A stretch of DNA of 64,000 bases from Camelus dromedarius. Taxonomy: Eukaryota. Position 1 is the stretch's first letter. Each line of letters starts with the position of its first letter. Location: contig NC_087436.1 of assembly GCF_036321535.1 (NCBI RefSeq), positions 46,254,001-46,318,000 of the forward strand, given 5' to 3'. The translations under genes were made by a program, and so were the position numbers. Below the pieces are notes generated by a model. That model was not told the DNA's origin. It saw nothing but the letters and a program-made list of their open reading frames with translations, and searched no databases. Below, piece after piece: positions 39,542 through 54,019 of the stretch.

Positions 39542-41536
39542 ACAGAGTTGCTTTTAATCATACAATAAAATGCATACTATACCAATATATAATAAAATAC
39601 CATAGACTTACGAGAATGTTGTTGGTAGCCTAAGTCTTTATCAAGCAGAGAATCAGTATTTGGGTCTTACAAGAAACCTTTGTGTTAACACTCGATGTTT
39701 ATAGGGAGAGCAACTAGGTGACTAGGGATAGGTGTGGCAGGGGAATTTCCGCCATATCACCCCTTGTTCCTTTTGAATTTTGAACCAGGTGACGATATTG
39801 CCTACCAGAAAATCATATTAAAACTTTAGAACTTAGAGTATTCTCTTCAGAATTCTAAAGCTTGTTCCCTGTAAAGCCTTCCAAAAATCACTGAAGCATA
39901 ACACCATGTACATACCTCTATGAATCCACTGATTACATTTAATTCCAGTAATTGTGAAAAAACATCTACTTTTAATTGTCTTTTCTGTTTATTTCTGCCT
40001 TGCCTTATTACCATTGTGCTATATATTCAACATATTCTAAATAGAAGACTATGCAGTATAGCATAATGCAGCTTTCTGGTAGTATTTCCTAGAAACTCTT
40101 AGTGGGGAGAGTTAGTGATGCCATTGAAAAAAATTCATCTGTGTGTTTTTTTTCCATTAACTTTAAAACATTGCCAAGCACAGGAAGGCACACAGATTGG
40201 TAAATAACAAGGATAGTTCCCCTGCCCCACCTCCCCTCTCCCTGCCAGCTTTAAAGCATTTTGATAAGCAGGAACTTAAAACTTGTTTTTCTGTCTTTCT
40301 TTCTTTTTTTTTTTTTCTTAAATTAAATGGTCATGACTTTCCATAGGCTGGATATTGCAAGGCATTTAAAATAGAATATATGCATTGAAAAAAATCAAAG
40401 AATAAATTTTATATGAGCATATAGGGAAAAGTGGTGCACAATTTATTTTTTCCTTTAGTCCAACAGGTGGTTTGTCAACATCCATGTAATTTTATATAGA
40501 AGCATTCAGGGGCTTTAGCGCTGTAGATGATGGCATGCCAGTTATGTGCATGCCTTTGATCCTGTGTGTGCTTTGGTGCCGGGCAAGGCACGACGCTCCA
40601 CGCCATGCTCAGCAGCAGTGGCCATGGGACTGTGTGCTCAGTGCCAACAGGCTGGCTTCAGGTGTCAGCGACTGCTCCTCCTGGGCAGGAACAGGCTGCG
40701 GGACTTATAAAAGATGTATTTTTTATATACTACATGGTTGTCTTGTTACCAGTAGCCTTTGAAATTCTTAACAAGACAGGATTTGTGATTTTAAAATAAA
40801 TATGAAATAAAATTGCAGCAATGGTTTTATTTTGCTTCAGCAGATTATAAGTAAGAGTATATATCAGGAGCAGCAAGAGTATTAAAATGGTTTGGAATTT
40901 ATGGCCACCTTTCTTTAGGGAAGTTAAAACACGTTGTACATACTGTCTTCAAGATTCCCTTGAGGAGTTATGAAATAGTACAGGTGAATATATTGGAGAA
41001 ACCCCACAGGAAGCACCACGACTTGTTTCGTTGACTAAATTATGGAACACCTTGACTCTCTGCACTATACTCTGGAGGTCATCTGCCAAGGACAGTTTCC
41101 TGAGCTGAGTTAATTGAAAATGGTTATGATCTTGCTGGAGTATGCTCTTTGGATTTTAGTTGTCTTAACTTATATTTTCAGTTGAGACTTGATCTCGAAG
41201 AAAGGGGCTTTTTAAAAATCCCAGTAATTTTTATTGAGTGAAAATTCATGTTGTGAACTTTCATCTCGATTTCTTCATCAACTGGGAATATCCATAATAT
41301 ATGGCTCCTCGTTTCCTCTAATCACTTTGCCCTCCCTGGCAGTGCCCTTTAAGTTCTTCAAATTCAGGAGCTACGTGTAAGAAAATTGACTGTAGGCTCA
41401 TGATCTTGCACTAGATCTTGTGCACTTGTCTGCCAGATGCTTTTGCTTTTGTCAAGCTTAGGTTGAAAATGAAACAGGTGCTCCAGATATTATCAGAGGT
41501 AGCTAGAATCCACATGCAAAGCAGAGTAAATAAGAG

Positions 41537-41685
41537 CAGTGGCTCCTAAATTTAATGGGTCACAGACTCCTTTGAGAACCTGGTGAAAGCTATGGTGCCT
41601 ATACACAGAGAAAAGTGCATCTGCAAAATTTTTTGCATGTAATCTTAGGAGGTTCAAAGGCTTGCTGGACTGCAAGAACCCTTGA
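41537..41685. mobile_element. hAT-Charlie MITE
   Basis: CAGTGGCTCCTAAA...GGGTCACAGACTCCTTTGAGAACCTGGTGAAAGCTATGG...AAGAACCCTTG with MER5-type termini. Confidence 0.65.
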
Positions 41686-44604
41686 TCTATGGTTCACTGG
41701 CAATAAAAACTGGATAAAACAGAGTGAATTTTTATTTTGTTTCATGCTATTTTCTTGTTTCTGTGTGATTTACAGTTGAAATCCTAAATTATCCTTTTTT
41801 TCCCATACCTCTTACCCTCTTAAATCCCCAAACAGACCCTAGTTTTTGTATCTCTACAGATAAGTTTGCCTTGTAGTTGATGTAATACCAACATAGTAGA
41901 GATTTGAGGCAATTCCAAAAGGAATTGTCAGTGATGGCAAGTCTACATGGGAAGCCAGATTTAAAATCACTTACAGATAAATACTCTTCATAGCTTGCTG
42001 TTTGACCATTAAGAATTAAACATTTTTAACTAGCTAATTTTGCTAGAATATGACACATAGCTTGCTGTGGTACTCCTCAGTTTTTATAAGGCATACCAGG
42101 CAGACATGGCAAAAAAAAAAAAAAAAAAGGCAAGCCAGCTTTCAGTATTTTAGTTGTCCTCATTCTAGTCCGGGGAGGCCTACTTCAAAAGCTGGGTCTC
42201 AAAGGTCCTTAGCTTTTATCTAGAATAGACAACATGCTTGAGAAAGTTCCTTTAGTTTTTTGTTTCAGTTGACATTGACACACTGGGTCAGACTTGTCCC
42301 AAAGCACCATGTCTAAATGGCTTCCTTTATATGTTTCTAATTGGAATTCTTTCTCAGGAGGGTCAAATTAGAGCTCCTGAGATTGGAACTACAGCACCGG
42401 CAGTTGACAGCATCAGCTCAGTTCTACCTCTTGAGACATGTAAGACAGCCACTTAGAGTTTGTTCCTACAGACTCTTGACAAATGGCCCTACTCTGACTG
42501 TGTACCTATTAGACAGTTTTTGTTTTTCTTCTGGACCAGTGCCAAAACAATGGTTTTTCTTTAAGCACCTTGTTTCTGCTTTGTCCTCTTTGCCTTTGCC
42601 TTTTGTTTGCTGTGATTCAGTTTGTTCAAAAGCATTTGCTAATTTTCCTGTTTATGTATCATATCTAGCATACTTATGTGATGGTGCCTGGCTTAACCAA
42701 CCTCCTGAATGTACTGACGTCTTAGGAAAATTCATTCAGCTTGAGTGAACAAAATAGAACTTTCAACAACTGAATTGTTCTGTTGGTCTGTTGATAATCT
42801 GTGATAGATTAGGTGATAATAATTGATATTGAACATTCACAACCAAAATTAATTGATTAGCAAAGACAGGGTATAACCTAAGACACCTTGAAAAGATTTA
42901 TTGATTGTCTACCAGGAACCAAGACTTTTTAGAGATATGTTTGGTGCATTAATTTTAACCTTATTTCTGTAGCATTTTGGTGCACAGATTTTCTAGGATT
43001 CCATTTTGGGGAATTCTGAAACAGGAAGTTTTTATAAAGATTTTAAATTGTCTCATACATCTGAGTTCAGTTACTGGAATTTAAGTGCCTTACAGTGTCC
43101 TTTTAGAATCCTGTTGTTTTAAAGCCTGAGAAGTAATTTATGACTGTGAAAATTGAATGATAAATTGGAAACCGAGGTATGTGTTGCTTTTCCCCAATTG
43201 CCTGAGGGATAACAAGGGAGGTCAGACAACTTGTCTGTTTCTCTTTCTTGGTTTCTGTGGTGTTCTTGTAGAAGAAGAAAAAGAATTGTTTCTAATAGTG
43301 GAAACCAGAGTGCCAAGTGACTCTTATCTTTAAGTACTGTAAAGTTTGATTAGATTTCTGCTCCCTTGACCAGAGTTGCTTAAGAAGGGGAACTTTAATA
43401 TTATGAATATACTTAACATCATGAACATCTTCTCTGCCTTGCTTTAAATACCTTGGGTAATATCGGTTTCCTTTGTGGTCAGAAAGATCTAAGTATACGG
43501 AGGATAAATATAGAGACTAAGAGAGGGTATAATAGGATCATCTTTTTCCCCTTGCTGGTTAATGATACATTTGCCAGGTCCTTCTCCTGTCCACTAAAGA
43601 AGGACAGTATCTAAAAGATAGAATGGATTTCCTCTGATTGAAATCTCAAGAGTAGAGAAGTTAATTTAAAAGAGAAACTTTTGGTATACTTTGCTTAAGT
43701 TGACACACTTCGGGATTTTAATTCCTCACTTCCTTTTGATTTAAAAGTCATACTTTCTCTCAAAATTACCTATTCATATAGAGAATTGGTAAACTTGAAA
43801 CTGCAGTTCTTCTAAACACATATGTTTCATCTAGGAACATCATTAGGGAATATTGGGCTAGATCTAGTCAAACATTCAGTTAAGTGGAAGTTTAAAAACC
43901 AGCCTAGATGTCAGAATTTTCAGTACAGACAATTCATTGTAATGAATACCTTCTTGTGCAGGCCGAGTTAGCATTATCTGCCAGATAGGAATCATTTTTA
44001 AAGTCTTGGCCTATATTGCCTGTCATAGTTAGATCAGATAAGAGCATAGTCATATGTCCAGAGCAAGTTTAGAAACATTAAAGATTCTAAGAATCAATGA
44101 GAGATTAGCCAACTTTGAAGTAATTGAAAGGTAAGTCAGAGAATGTTGGTTTGTTTATCCCAAGAGTTCGAGATTTTATTTCCAATATATCTAGGATTCC
44201 TAGAGCTTCTTGGAACCGGTTGATACTAACTAAAGAATTTTTGATGTTGTTGCTAGATTTTGTTTTTCAGGAGAATTAAGAATTTTTAAAAAATCAGGTT
44301 ACTGGGAAAAATATCTATATCTATCTTACATAAATTACTTCACCAACAAATTTTAGTAAAACAGTAATACTGAGACTCTAATGGATATAAAATATTTTTT
44401 CTGTGGTTACTCAGTAGTTAAGGTAATTTATATTATTACAGAAGAGTTGATGAAGCAAATGCCAACTGTCTAGTGTGTCTGAGTAGAGACTTGAAATAGC
44501 AATTCTAGAAGGTTCTTTATAATTAGGAAGACATCATTCATTAGAACTTTTATTAATTTGTAAGTAAATTTCAGTGGGATAGAATTGACCCCTGTTAACA
44601 TTCA

Positions 44605-44702
44605 TATATTTTTTCACTGAGATAAAATTCACATAAGAAAAAATTAATCATTTTAATGCATATAGTCCAGTGGCATTTTGTATATTCACCATGTTGTGAA
44701 AA
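44605..44702 (-). mobile_element. L1MB-type 3' end fragment
   Basis: TGAGATAAAATTCACATAA...AATTAATCATTTTAA...CAGTGGCATTTTGTATATTCACCATGTTGTG. Confidence 0.75.
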
Positions 44703-44994
44703 CAATATATTATTTTTTACTAAGTACTAAATAATAACATCTATTGGCATTCTTAGAAACTACTTATGCCAAGTTAAAAACCTTTTGAAAAGATTTCAAA
44801 TTTGTCTTTTTGCAGGTCATATCTAATTAATTTTCAACCAACCAAAATAGAAGTCAAGAAAGCAGGGATTAATATTTAATAACAGTTTCCCCTTGCATTT
44901 GCAGAGCTAGCACAATTGGAAATATTAAATTAATAAATGAACAGAGAGCATAATTTGCAATTTCAAAGCTTCAGTCAAGAAATACAATCTCAAG

Positions 44995-45372
44995 AGTAAA
45001 CAATTGTATGATTTCACTTATATGTGAAATCTAAAAAACAAAACAAATGAATAAACATAACAAAACAGAAACACACTCATAGATACAGAGAACAAACTGG
45101 TAGTTGCCAAAGGGGAGAGGGTAGAGGGTAGGTGTAATAGATAAAAGAGATTGAGAGGTACAAACTTATAATTAAAGTAAATAAGTCACAGGCATGTAAT
45201 GTACAGCATAGAAAATATAGTCACTAATATTGTGATAGTTTTGTATGGTGACAGATTGTAACTAGACTTATTGTGATGATCATTTGTAATGTATAAAAAT
45301 ACTGAATCACTATGTTGTAAACCTGAAACTGATAAAATATTGTAAGTCAATTATGCATCAATTTAAAAAAAG
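44995..45372 (+). mobile_element. L1MA-type 3' UTR fragment
   Basis: TGTATGATTTCACTTATATGTGAAATCTAAAAAACAAAACAAATGA...GATACAGAGAACAAACTGGTAGTTGCC...CACTATGTTGTAAACCTGAAACT...TCAATTTAAAAAA. Confidence 0.9.
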
Positions 45373-46789
45373 TGAAGAGTTTCTCAAGAAACTCAGTGAC
45401 ATTTTGGTGTATAGATCATCTTGAGATCTAAAATTAATCATTCAGACAGCAAAATGGGAAGAATATAAATGTGTATATAATATATTCCAGTGTGGAAATT
45501 TGTCACTAGACATAAAGGCCCCAGTATCAAGTTTAATTCTTATAAAATAGTTGTTTCATACACTCACTTTAGAGGCAATTTTCCTATCTTTCATAACTGT
45601 TGATTCTATTAATGATAATTATTTTTGAAACATGCTGTTAAAATAAATTAGATAGCTGCAAGAAACTTTTCACCACATCTCTGTATTTCTTCTTCTTCTT
45701 TTTTTTTTAACTCCCAGGCTGAAATAGAACTTCTTGCTATGTAACATCCCTGGGGTTTATTCAAAGTATAAATTTCCATTTTCTTGACAGTCTAGAAATT
45801 ATGACCACAGTTTTTGCTCATCTCATAAGTACCCTTAGGAGGTATTACTTGATTAACTAGACAGGAGAGAACTGCCAAAGACCTTAGAAACTTAAGAAGC
45901 CTAATAGATTCTCATTTTAAGAATCGCAATGGGGCTTGACGGCTTTTAGAAAAGTCACAGAAAAATAGATCAGAATGTGATCATTCATAGTATTGCAGTG
46001 GCCTCTGTGTGTCTGTACTTTCCTTATTTCAAAGTAATAGTAACCAATGTTTTTGAAGTAGCTTAGATAAATTAGAGACTGAGTGTGTGTGTTTACATTA
46101 CACGTTCATTAGATGTTCATATAAAATTATTTCCAGCAAACAATCAATCCAAAACCTTTCATTAAGTGTGAAAACCAGAAATAGCCTCTTGATCGTTTAT
46201 ATGTATCTACATTATCATCCATCTAATCCTGTAGAACAGTGGGCTATTATATGCTTCACATCATTTTTCATAAATGTATACATTACATCCATTAAAATCC
46301 TAATTATTTAAGAAAGAAGCTGCAAATAAAATAAAATATAGGTAGCACTGAGCCAGATACTTCACAATGATCTCAATTCAACATCCATATAGATGTCTGA
46401 TTTTCTGTGTTTTGTAGACTCATTTGTACTTAGCAACTCCCAACCTCAGTGACATAACATATGGCTTATGGCTTACAATCAGAACTGTGTATGTTGCCAA
46501 TGTCATAATTTTTAGATTGTAAGTTCCCCTGGGCAGAGATTATATTTTATTAATGATATTTAAAATCACCTCAGTGCACAGCACTGTCATGCACTTCAGT
46601 TGGCTCAATTAATATCAATTGATGAACATTTAAGAATAGTGTAGTTTTCCATATATTTCAATATTTAATTGCTGAAATTTAATATATATTAAATTATTCA
46701 GTATTTTTTAACTTCTGTATAATGATGGCAAATGTCCCAGTAGGAAATAATTTCTGAAATGACACATGGTCACTGTCTATTGACAATTA

Positions 46790-47540
46790 ATGAATTTATT
46801 GCCAAAGTGATTCTACATTTATAGAATACTTTCTGTATACAAGCACTGTGCTGGAAAGGAAGGCTACAAAAATAAATAGGGAGCTGATGCTTTTGGAGTG
46901 TATGTGGAAGTTGAGGTTGAAGCTATTTCAGAGGGGCAGATATGATAATACAAATAAATGTGCTGTTATAATAAACTGTTGTGAGGGAGTAATCAATTGA
47001 TTTATTTTGTGTGTTTTTGAAGAAAGACTTCAAAGAGGAGGTGAAGTGAAGATGTATGAAAATATGCAAGGTAGAGAAGGGGGAGAAGAGAAGTGGGTGG
47101 GAAGAAGATTCCAAAAGAGTGAGAAGCATTAGCCAAGACATGGGGGCATGAGTATCTGTGAAATGGTGAAGGCTGGTGCAGCTTCACCCCCAAGTGTGGG
47201 TGGAGGAGGGGCAGCAGAGGAAACTGGTCAAAGGTCAAAGCAAGAGTGTAGAATGTCCTTGAATACCATGCTGCAGGGGGGTGATAAGGGGCCACCAAAG
47301 CTTGGAAAGTAAGGGAATGACAAGATCAAAACTGTAGATGAGAAATAATTATTGCAACAGTATGGAGGATGCATTGGAACCAGGCAAGATGGTGGCAGGG
47401 ATATAGCTGGTGAGCTCCTGGAAGAGCAGGGGCAGTGTGAGTAGAGACCAAGTGACAGACTCAGGAGACATTTTATGAGTGGTGACAGATAAATAGGCAT
47501 CCAAGAGACTTTCGTTTTTTCTAATTTGGGCATCTGGCAA
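46790..47540 (-). mobile_element. L2 fragment
   Basis: CATTTATAGAATACTTTCTGTATACAAGCACTGTGCTGG...GAAAGACTTCAAAGAGGAGGTGA...GGGAATGACAAGATCAAA. Confidence 0.7.
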
Positions 47541-47906
47541 GATTGTAGAATAGAAATTTGTTTCAAATAAATTGATTTTGAAGTTCTTTTATAAAGGTAA
47601 CAATAAGCTACTCTTTTTTGCATGTTAAGTAATACTTAGGATTAATTACAAAAAATGTATAAGTAAAATCAACCTCTTAGAATTTTAAAATATTGTTATT
47701 AAATCATTTCTGTAACTTCAATTTTTTATCTGGAAAATTATGTGGTTTGGTTTAAGAACTAAATGATCATTAAGATTTGCTAAAGTTTTAAATTCTGTTA
47801 CTATAAATTTCTGTTGATCTAGTTTGTTTGAACTGAAACATTCCCGTAGTAGAACAGTAATAGTAAGAACTGGTATGAAGTTCAATTTTTTTTTTGTATT
47901 TTTTTT

Positions 47907-48237
<331 letters not shown>

Positions 48238-48358
48238 TTATCTCTACAGTGTTTATTTTCACTTTAATTTACACTCCCATACGCTTTTAAAACTGCCTAG
48301 GAAGTGAGGAAGCTTGTCCTAACAACCAGTTTAAAAAGGATTCGTGTCTTCTGACCTC

Positions 48359-48830
48359 TGTTAAAGAAAAAAATATTCATGACACTGTTAAAAACTGTAG
48401 GACAGACTTTATTCAGGAGACTATTGAGATATGTATTAGGACCACTGCAATGGAGTTTTGCAGTGGGAGAGAGATTGGAGTCAGCTCCATGCACAACAAG
48501 GAAAAGTGGGGACTTATAGCCAAGGTGCAGAGTGGAAGCCACCAGGTAGAAATTACTAAGAAACCTCAGGCTTAAGAGGAGTTCTGGCTCAAGTGAACAA
48601 ACAAGATTCTTGTTAAAGGCAGGGCTGAGTGATCCCACATCGCCTGGCAGATCAGATATTGAAGGTGATCAGATATCAAAGATGGGGGATTCTGGCTAAG
48701 CCAATTTAGCATGATTCTTGCTAAAATGGGACAATGCAGAGAAGAACATGGAACCCCAAAGTTGAGGCCTACTGGAAAAAGAGGTCAGAAGAGCTTGCCT
48801 TAAGTTTGGTTATGAGAAGAATCTTTGTCA
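48359..48830 (-). mobile_element. ERV1 solo LTR (MER31-like), 472 bp
   Basis: TGTTAAAGAAAAAAATATTC...GACTTTATTCAGG...GGAGTTTTGCAGTGGGAGAGAGATTGG...AATCTTTGTCA. 4-bp TSD CCTC (48355-48358, 48831-48834). Confidence 0.88.
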
Positions 48831-51800
48831 CCTCTTAGCTCAGAGTTCTTGACCTGCTATCTACTATGATAAAAATAACTTCTTGCAACCTGGATAACCT
48901 TTCAAGCAATCCATTGATAGAGGTAACACATTCTCATTGTAAGACTGATTTTTTAAAATATACAAATAGTAATACTCTACTGCATTTTTCAATGGATTAT
49001 CAGTACAGATTTAATACAGGATGGATTAAAGGAGGAAAAAAACCCTAATTACAAATACTGTCTGCAAACAAACATTTGAAAGCAGTTTCTCCTTAACCAG
49101 TTTTCCTGGTGCAGGACTCAGAGGAGTGAGCAATTCCCTTGGGGTCTTGTACAGGCTCACAGTGAGCGAAGTGAAGACTCTTTTTCTAATGTTAGTGGGT
49201 CTTCAATGGGTAAGCCCAGAGCCTCATGTCAGGTCTCCTTAGGTTGGAAAAGAGGACCGGATTTCACTGATTTAGTGTTAATCTGTGAATATGTTTGCAA
49301 TTTAGAAGCCTGCATCTAAATTCTGTTCATCATTGGACATTTAAAATTGAATAATAAGCTAAGATGTAGACTCGGATTATAATTAGGAAAATGCAGGTAA
49401 GAAATGCAAATATTGCCAAGGATTTCTAAGTGCAGGTTATTCTACCCTCTCTCTTGCCATGGCTTACACTAATAACAGAGTACTGTGATCCTGTCTAGGG
49501 CCACACAGTTTGAGGCTTAACACAGTTTTCCTGGTCCTCATTCCAGTCTGTGTTAGGCCTCTCTGAAGTTCTTTATTTCCGGTATATACACAGGTTTGGT
49601 CTGAAGACATTAGCAGATTCCAGGGACACATTGGCTCAACCTTCTTCAGCCCAGTAGTTACGCAAGTATAAAATTTGGAGGTCATTAATTGAAATGAAAT
49701 AATGGGAAATGAGAAAAGGAAACTCCATATTCTGCAAGAATGGAAACCAACTTCTCTGTCTTGAAGGGAAATTGCTGGAGGGGGACATGGACTGCATCAC
49801 GGCTGCCTCTTGACAGCTTCACCTTGGAGAGACACAAATTAAATCCTTTCAGTTGCTGTTTTGAAGCTAAAAGTGTTTGACCGCTTCAGCCCCTGAATGG
49901 TGTTTAAGGAATAAAGAGAAAAGAGCAGGAAGTTCTAATTGGCAAATTACTCCTTGTTATTTAGTTTGGCTTCCAAGTTGGAAATTCCAATAATGAGGAG
50001 CTTTGTGGGACTTGCCCTTGAGCAGAACCAGGGGGCTTTTTGTTCAATTACTATTTAATGTGAAGATATTCAAGAAACATATTGTAGCATTTAAGCCATC
50101 ACTTTCTATTAAACAAATATTGTCATATAATGATTTTTAAATCTCTCTCCATGGATGCTTTTATGATTCTGAACCATCTAAGTGAAGTGTAAATTGCAAA
50201 TAAGACATAAATGGATTTTTCTTGTTACATGGTATTTATAGGGGTGTTATTACTTAATGACAGTTTCTCAAAATGTTAGAAAAATGTATGTTTACGGTTG
50301 TCTTAACTACATCATGGTTATTCTAATCCTGATTAGAAAAAAAACGCAAAAGATTTTTTAACAGTCATTCTAAACTGGATTTACAGCAGGATGAACATTT
50401 CCTTTTGATGTTAATATTTCAGAATGTTAATGAAGAATTTATTTGATTATTTACTTAATAAGTTACAAAAGATTTTTTGACATTGGTCTTGACTTACATA
50501 CTTAAATTAAAAAAAAAAAAAGAGTGTCAATTTGCAGAATTACCTTACAGACTAATTAGTATTACTGTAGGATGTAAGGTTAATTCATATTTGGAAAAAA
50601 ACAAAATGATTTTAAAAATATATTTTTCACTTTCTACCATGATGGTACCTCTGAATTTTAATATTTGATCTTGTCAAATGTTATAGAAGGAATGAAGTAA
50701 AGGATTAGAGTTTTGCTCAGTGAAAGGCAACTTTAAGAATAAATGCGTGTATTTTTTCATTAAACTTCATGGCTACATCATTTAGATAAATAAAAGCTAA
50801 GATTTTAGTTGAACGCTTCTGTTAACTTTTATTGCATAGATAGGGTTGTTGGATTTTAGAGGAGAAAGAGACCTTTGCTTTCTTGATTATTGGAATTTTC
50901 CATATTCACTTAACAGTTTGTTACTTGGCTAAAGGATTTTATGGCATCAATATTACTTGAAACAATCATGCAGTTAAAATGACTGCATTAATTACCAGTT
51001 TCCTTTTTACAATCAAATGTCTCACACAGGAACAATTCATATAATGCTTTTGGAAATGCTAATGACTCCTGAGGTACTAATCTTGCCTCCTTTCTGAATA
51101 CTTACAAAATAGTGTCTCCCCAAGTGGGCCATGGACTTATCCTGTGTTGTGAAGTGCTACACAGAAGTGTCAAGCTGGTAAATGGAATAGCTTTCTGATG
51201 AGATGTGAGTCTGAAATTTTTTCCCAAACGTGTTTGGCTTCACTGATCAAAAAGAATGAAATAGCTTTTTTTTCCCCTCCCAGTATTTTAAATTCTCTAA
51301 ATTGGAGCATATATTTGAAAGCAGTGATAACAATCAAAAGTGCTTCAGCATGTGGCTTTTTCTTTCAGATGCACGTAGGACAAATGTGCTTATTGATTAA
51401 TGAGTTCAGCTCTTTTAATTTGAGGAAAAATTATACTAAGCAGATTTTTTTTTGAGCGCCTACTAAATTTGGAGTATTGTAACAAGTTGTGATTTTGGAG
51501 TTGATGCAGAAGAGGCAGGGGCCATGTCACTGAAGCATATGTATGACTTCCAGAGCAGATCAAATTATTTCCTATAATCTGATGAAGTATAATGTGATTA
51601 GCCTGTGATTAACCCTCCCTTTTAAAACCCCTTTAGGCTACCCTTTTTTGCTGGTAGTTTGGAAATGGATTGGAAGGGCATCAGATTCTAGATGGGGAAA
51701 TGGTTAGAAGGATATTGCCAGTGGTCTAGGTAGCAGATGACAGAGGCCTAAATTAAGCCAGTGAGCCAGTGGATCTGAAGAGGAAGGGGGAGATTCTCCA

Positions 51801-52087
51801 GTTTTTAAGAAATAGGTTGATTGTTGACTGATTAATTTGAATAGTGAGGTGAGTGTTTTATACAGGATATTGAACTTTAGAACTAGAATTTTGTAGCAGA
51901 AACTGTTATTTGTTTAAATGCTTATTTTCATGGATGGTTCTAGGTTATTCTTTCAGGCTTATTGTGACAATTTTACCGAATGTCTAAAATTGCAAAAAGG
52001 GACATGTTTAATGTTCTTTCCTGCTTAAAATTCTTTAACAAATTCTCATTCCATTAGATTAATGCTCAACCCAATTTTTTAACATGG

Positions 52088-52998
52088 TATAGTAGCTATC
52101 TATTACTGTGTTAGCAAATTACCCCAAAGCTTACTGGCTAGAAGGAACACACATTTATTATCTCACAGTTTCTCTGGGCCAGGTGTCCAGGTGTGGGTGA
52201 TACTGATTCATGGTCTCTCACGAGTCACAATCAAGGTGCCAGCCAGGGCTGCAGTCGTTTCAAGACACAACTTGGAGAATTTACTTCCAAGCTCACTCAT
52301 GTGAGCCTCAGAGGACATGAGGGCCTCTCCAAAGGACTGCTTCATGACATGGCACATGGTTTTCCTTCAGAGTGAGAGATGGTTGAGTGACCTAGAGGGA
52401 GAGGCAGCACCTAAAACAGAAGCCACAACCTAGTCTTGGAAGCAACAGCCCATTGCTTTTGCTGTATAGCCATATCTCATTCTATTGAGCTTCGAGATAC
52501 TTTGGTTTTTACAAATTGAAGGTTCATGGCAACCCTGCATCAAGCAAGTCTACTGGTGCATTTTTCCAACAGCATTTACTTACTTTGTGTCTCTTTTTCA
52601 CATTTTGGTAATTCTTGCAATATTTCAAACCCTCTACCAGCAAAAAGATTAAGACTCACTGAAGGCTCAGATGATGGTTAGCATTTTTTTAGCGATGAAG
52701 AATTTTTAAATTAAGGTATGTACAATTGTTTTTTTAGACATAATGCTATTGCACACTTAATGCCCTATAGTATCGTGTAAATATAACTTTTATATGCACT
52801 GAGAAACCAAAAAATTTGTGTGACTTACTTTATTGCACATTTGCTTTATTACGGCTGTCTGGAACCGAACCTGCAGTATCTTTGGGCTATGCCTGTACAC
52901 TATTCATTAAAAGTGAAGCAGTAATTCAGTTCATATTCAAGAGCTGAAAGCTACACAGCTGAGGAACTTTGTGGCCTTGTCAGAGGCTGCCTACCACA
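52088..52998 (-). mobile_element. MaLR solo LTR (MLT1E/F-like) interrupted by a Tigger1 derivative
   Basis: AAATTACCCCAAAGCTTA...CACATTTATTATCTCACAGTTTCT...GGCTGCCTACCACA. TSD CATGG/CGTGG. Confidence 0.82.
52467..52895 (+). mobile_element. Internally deleted Tigger1-type DNA transposon
   Basis: TTTTTACAAATTGAAGGTT..TGGCAACCCTGCATCAAGCAAGTC...CACTGAAGGCTCAGATGATGG...GGAACCGAACCTGCAGTATC...TATGCCTG, flanked by TA. Confidence 0.9.
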
Positions 52999-52999
52999 C

Positions 53000-53415
53000 G
53001 TGGCTTACCTCATCTGGACCCTAACTACCTGGCTCTGCAGCTGTGTGCCGTGCCAGGTTTCCATTCACACTAGACTTCAGCCAAATCAAACTTCCTTCAT
53101 TTCTGAAATGCTCCATGCTCTCTCTTGCCTCTAGACTGTCTCCTCTTTGCTTGGCTAACTCGCATGTGTCTGTAGATTCCAGCTTAAGTACACTTCCTCA
53201 GGAAGCATTTCCTGACTACTGTTTCCCAATTCCCCAATTCCCCAAATTAAAGTAAGAACTCTTGCTCCATCTTCAATTTTAACATGTGTCAGACTTTAAG
53301 ATTATTGAATTTTTAATAGTGTGCCATTTCTGCCAACTATAAGCTATATCCTTAACAATAGGGCTTCTGCCTGGCACAATACTAGATACTTACTAATATT
53401 TGTTGAATGAATAAC
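53000..53415 (+). mobile_element. L2 3' portion (host of the MLT1 LTR)
   Basis: CACTTCCTCAGGAAGCATTTCCTGAC...GCCTGGCACAATA...AATATTTGTTGAATGAAT terminus. Upstream part at about 52010-52085. Confidence 0.7.
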
Positions 53416-54019
53416 CAATTGAATACCAAGATGCATAAGAGATGGTCAATGTGATCAGCAAGTTTATGGTGCCATATATATGGATCTATCAGGAAGCCAC
53501 TAAGTGTAACTTCCTCTGAATACATTTTATTAAGCTATATCTCAAGTTTGTTGCTAAAAAAATCCAGTTTATATTTTATATAACTTTAGTCTATTTTCTT
53601 CTCTCATTTTTATGACCTAATATGTAGACCTGTGATGCAGATTTAAATTGGAATTCAGAGGAAAAGATTAAGTAAAAAAAGCTTCAACTGTTTGGCAGAA
53701 ACCAGTCCTTGATTTGACTTAAACTGTCCTCACTTGTTTTCAAAGTTGATAGCCAGCTATGCCAAGAATCAAAAAGAATTTAGTTTGAGCATGGTATATT
53801 TGCTTCCAGTCTGGGTAGAGTCTTAAGTGGTTTTAAAATTTTTGCATTGAAAATGTGGATGTAATGGTTTGTATTTCCTGGCTTCACAATTGGGACAAAT
53901 TTATGGGATTATGCATTTCTTTTTTAATTAAAAAAATGAGCACAGATTCTTTTTAGTGAGTGAACACAATACTAAGCAGTGCAGCAAGAAAGAATTAATG
54001 GATTTTAACTTCTTCAAAG

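Noticed and set aside
42341..42748. 135-aa ORF
   Set aside because: Non-ATG start, composition typical of T-rich non-coding DNA, no recognisable domain or splice boundaries.
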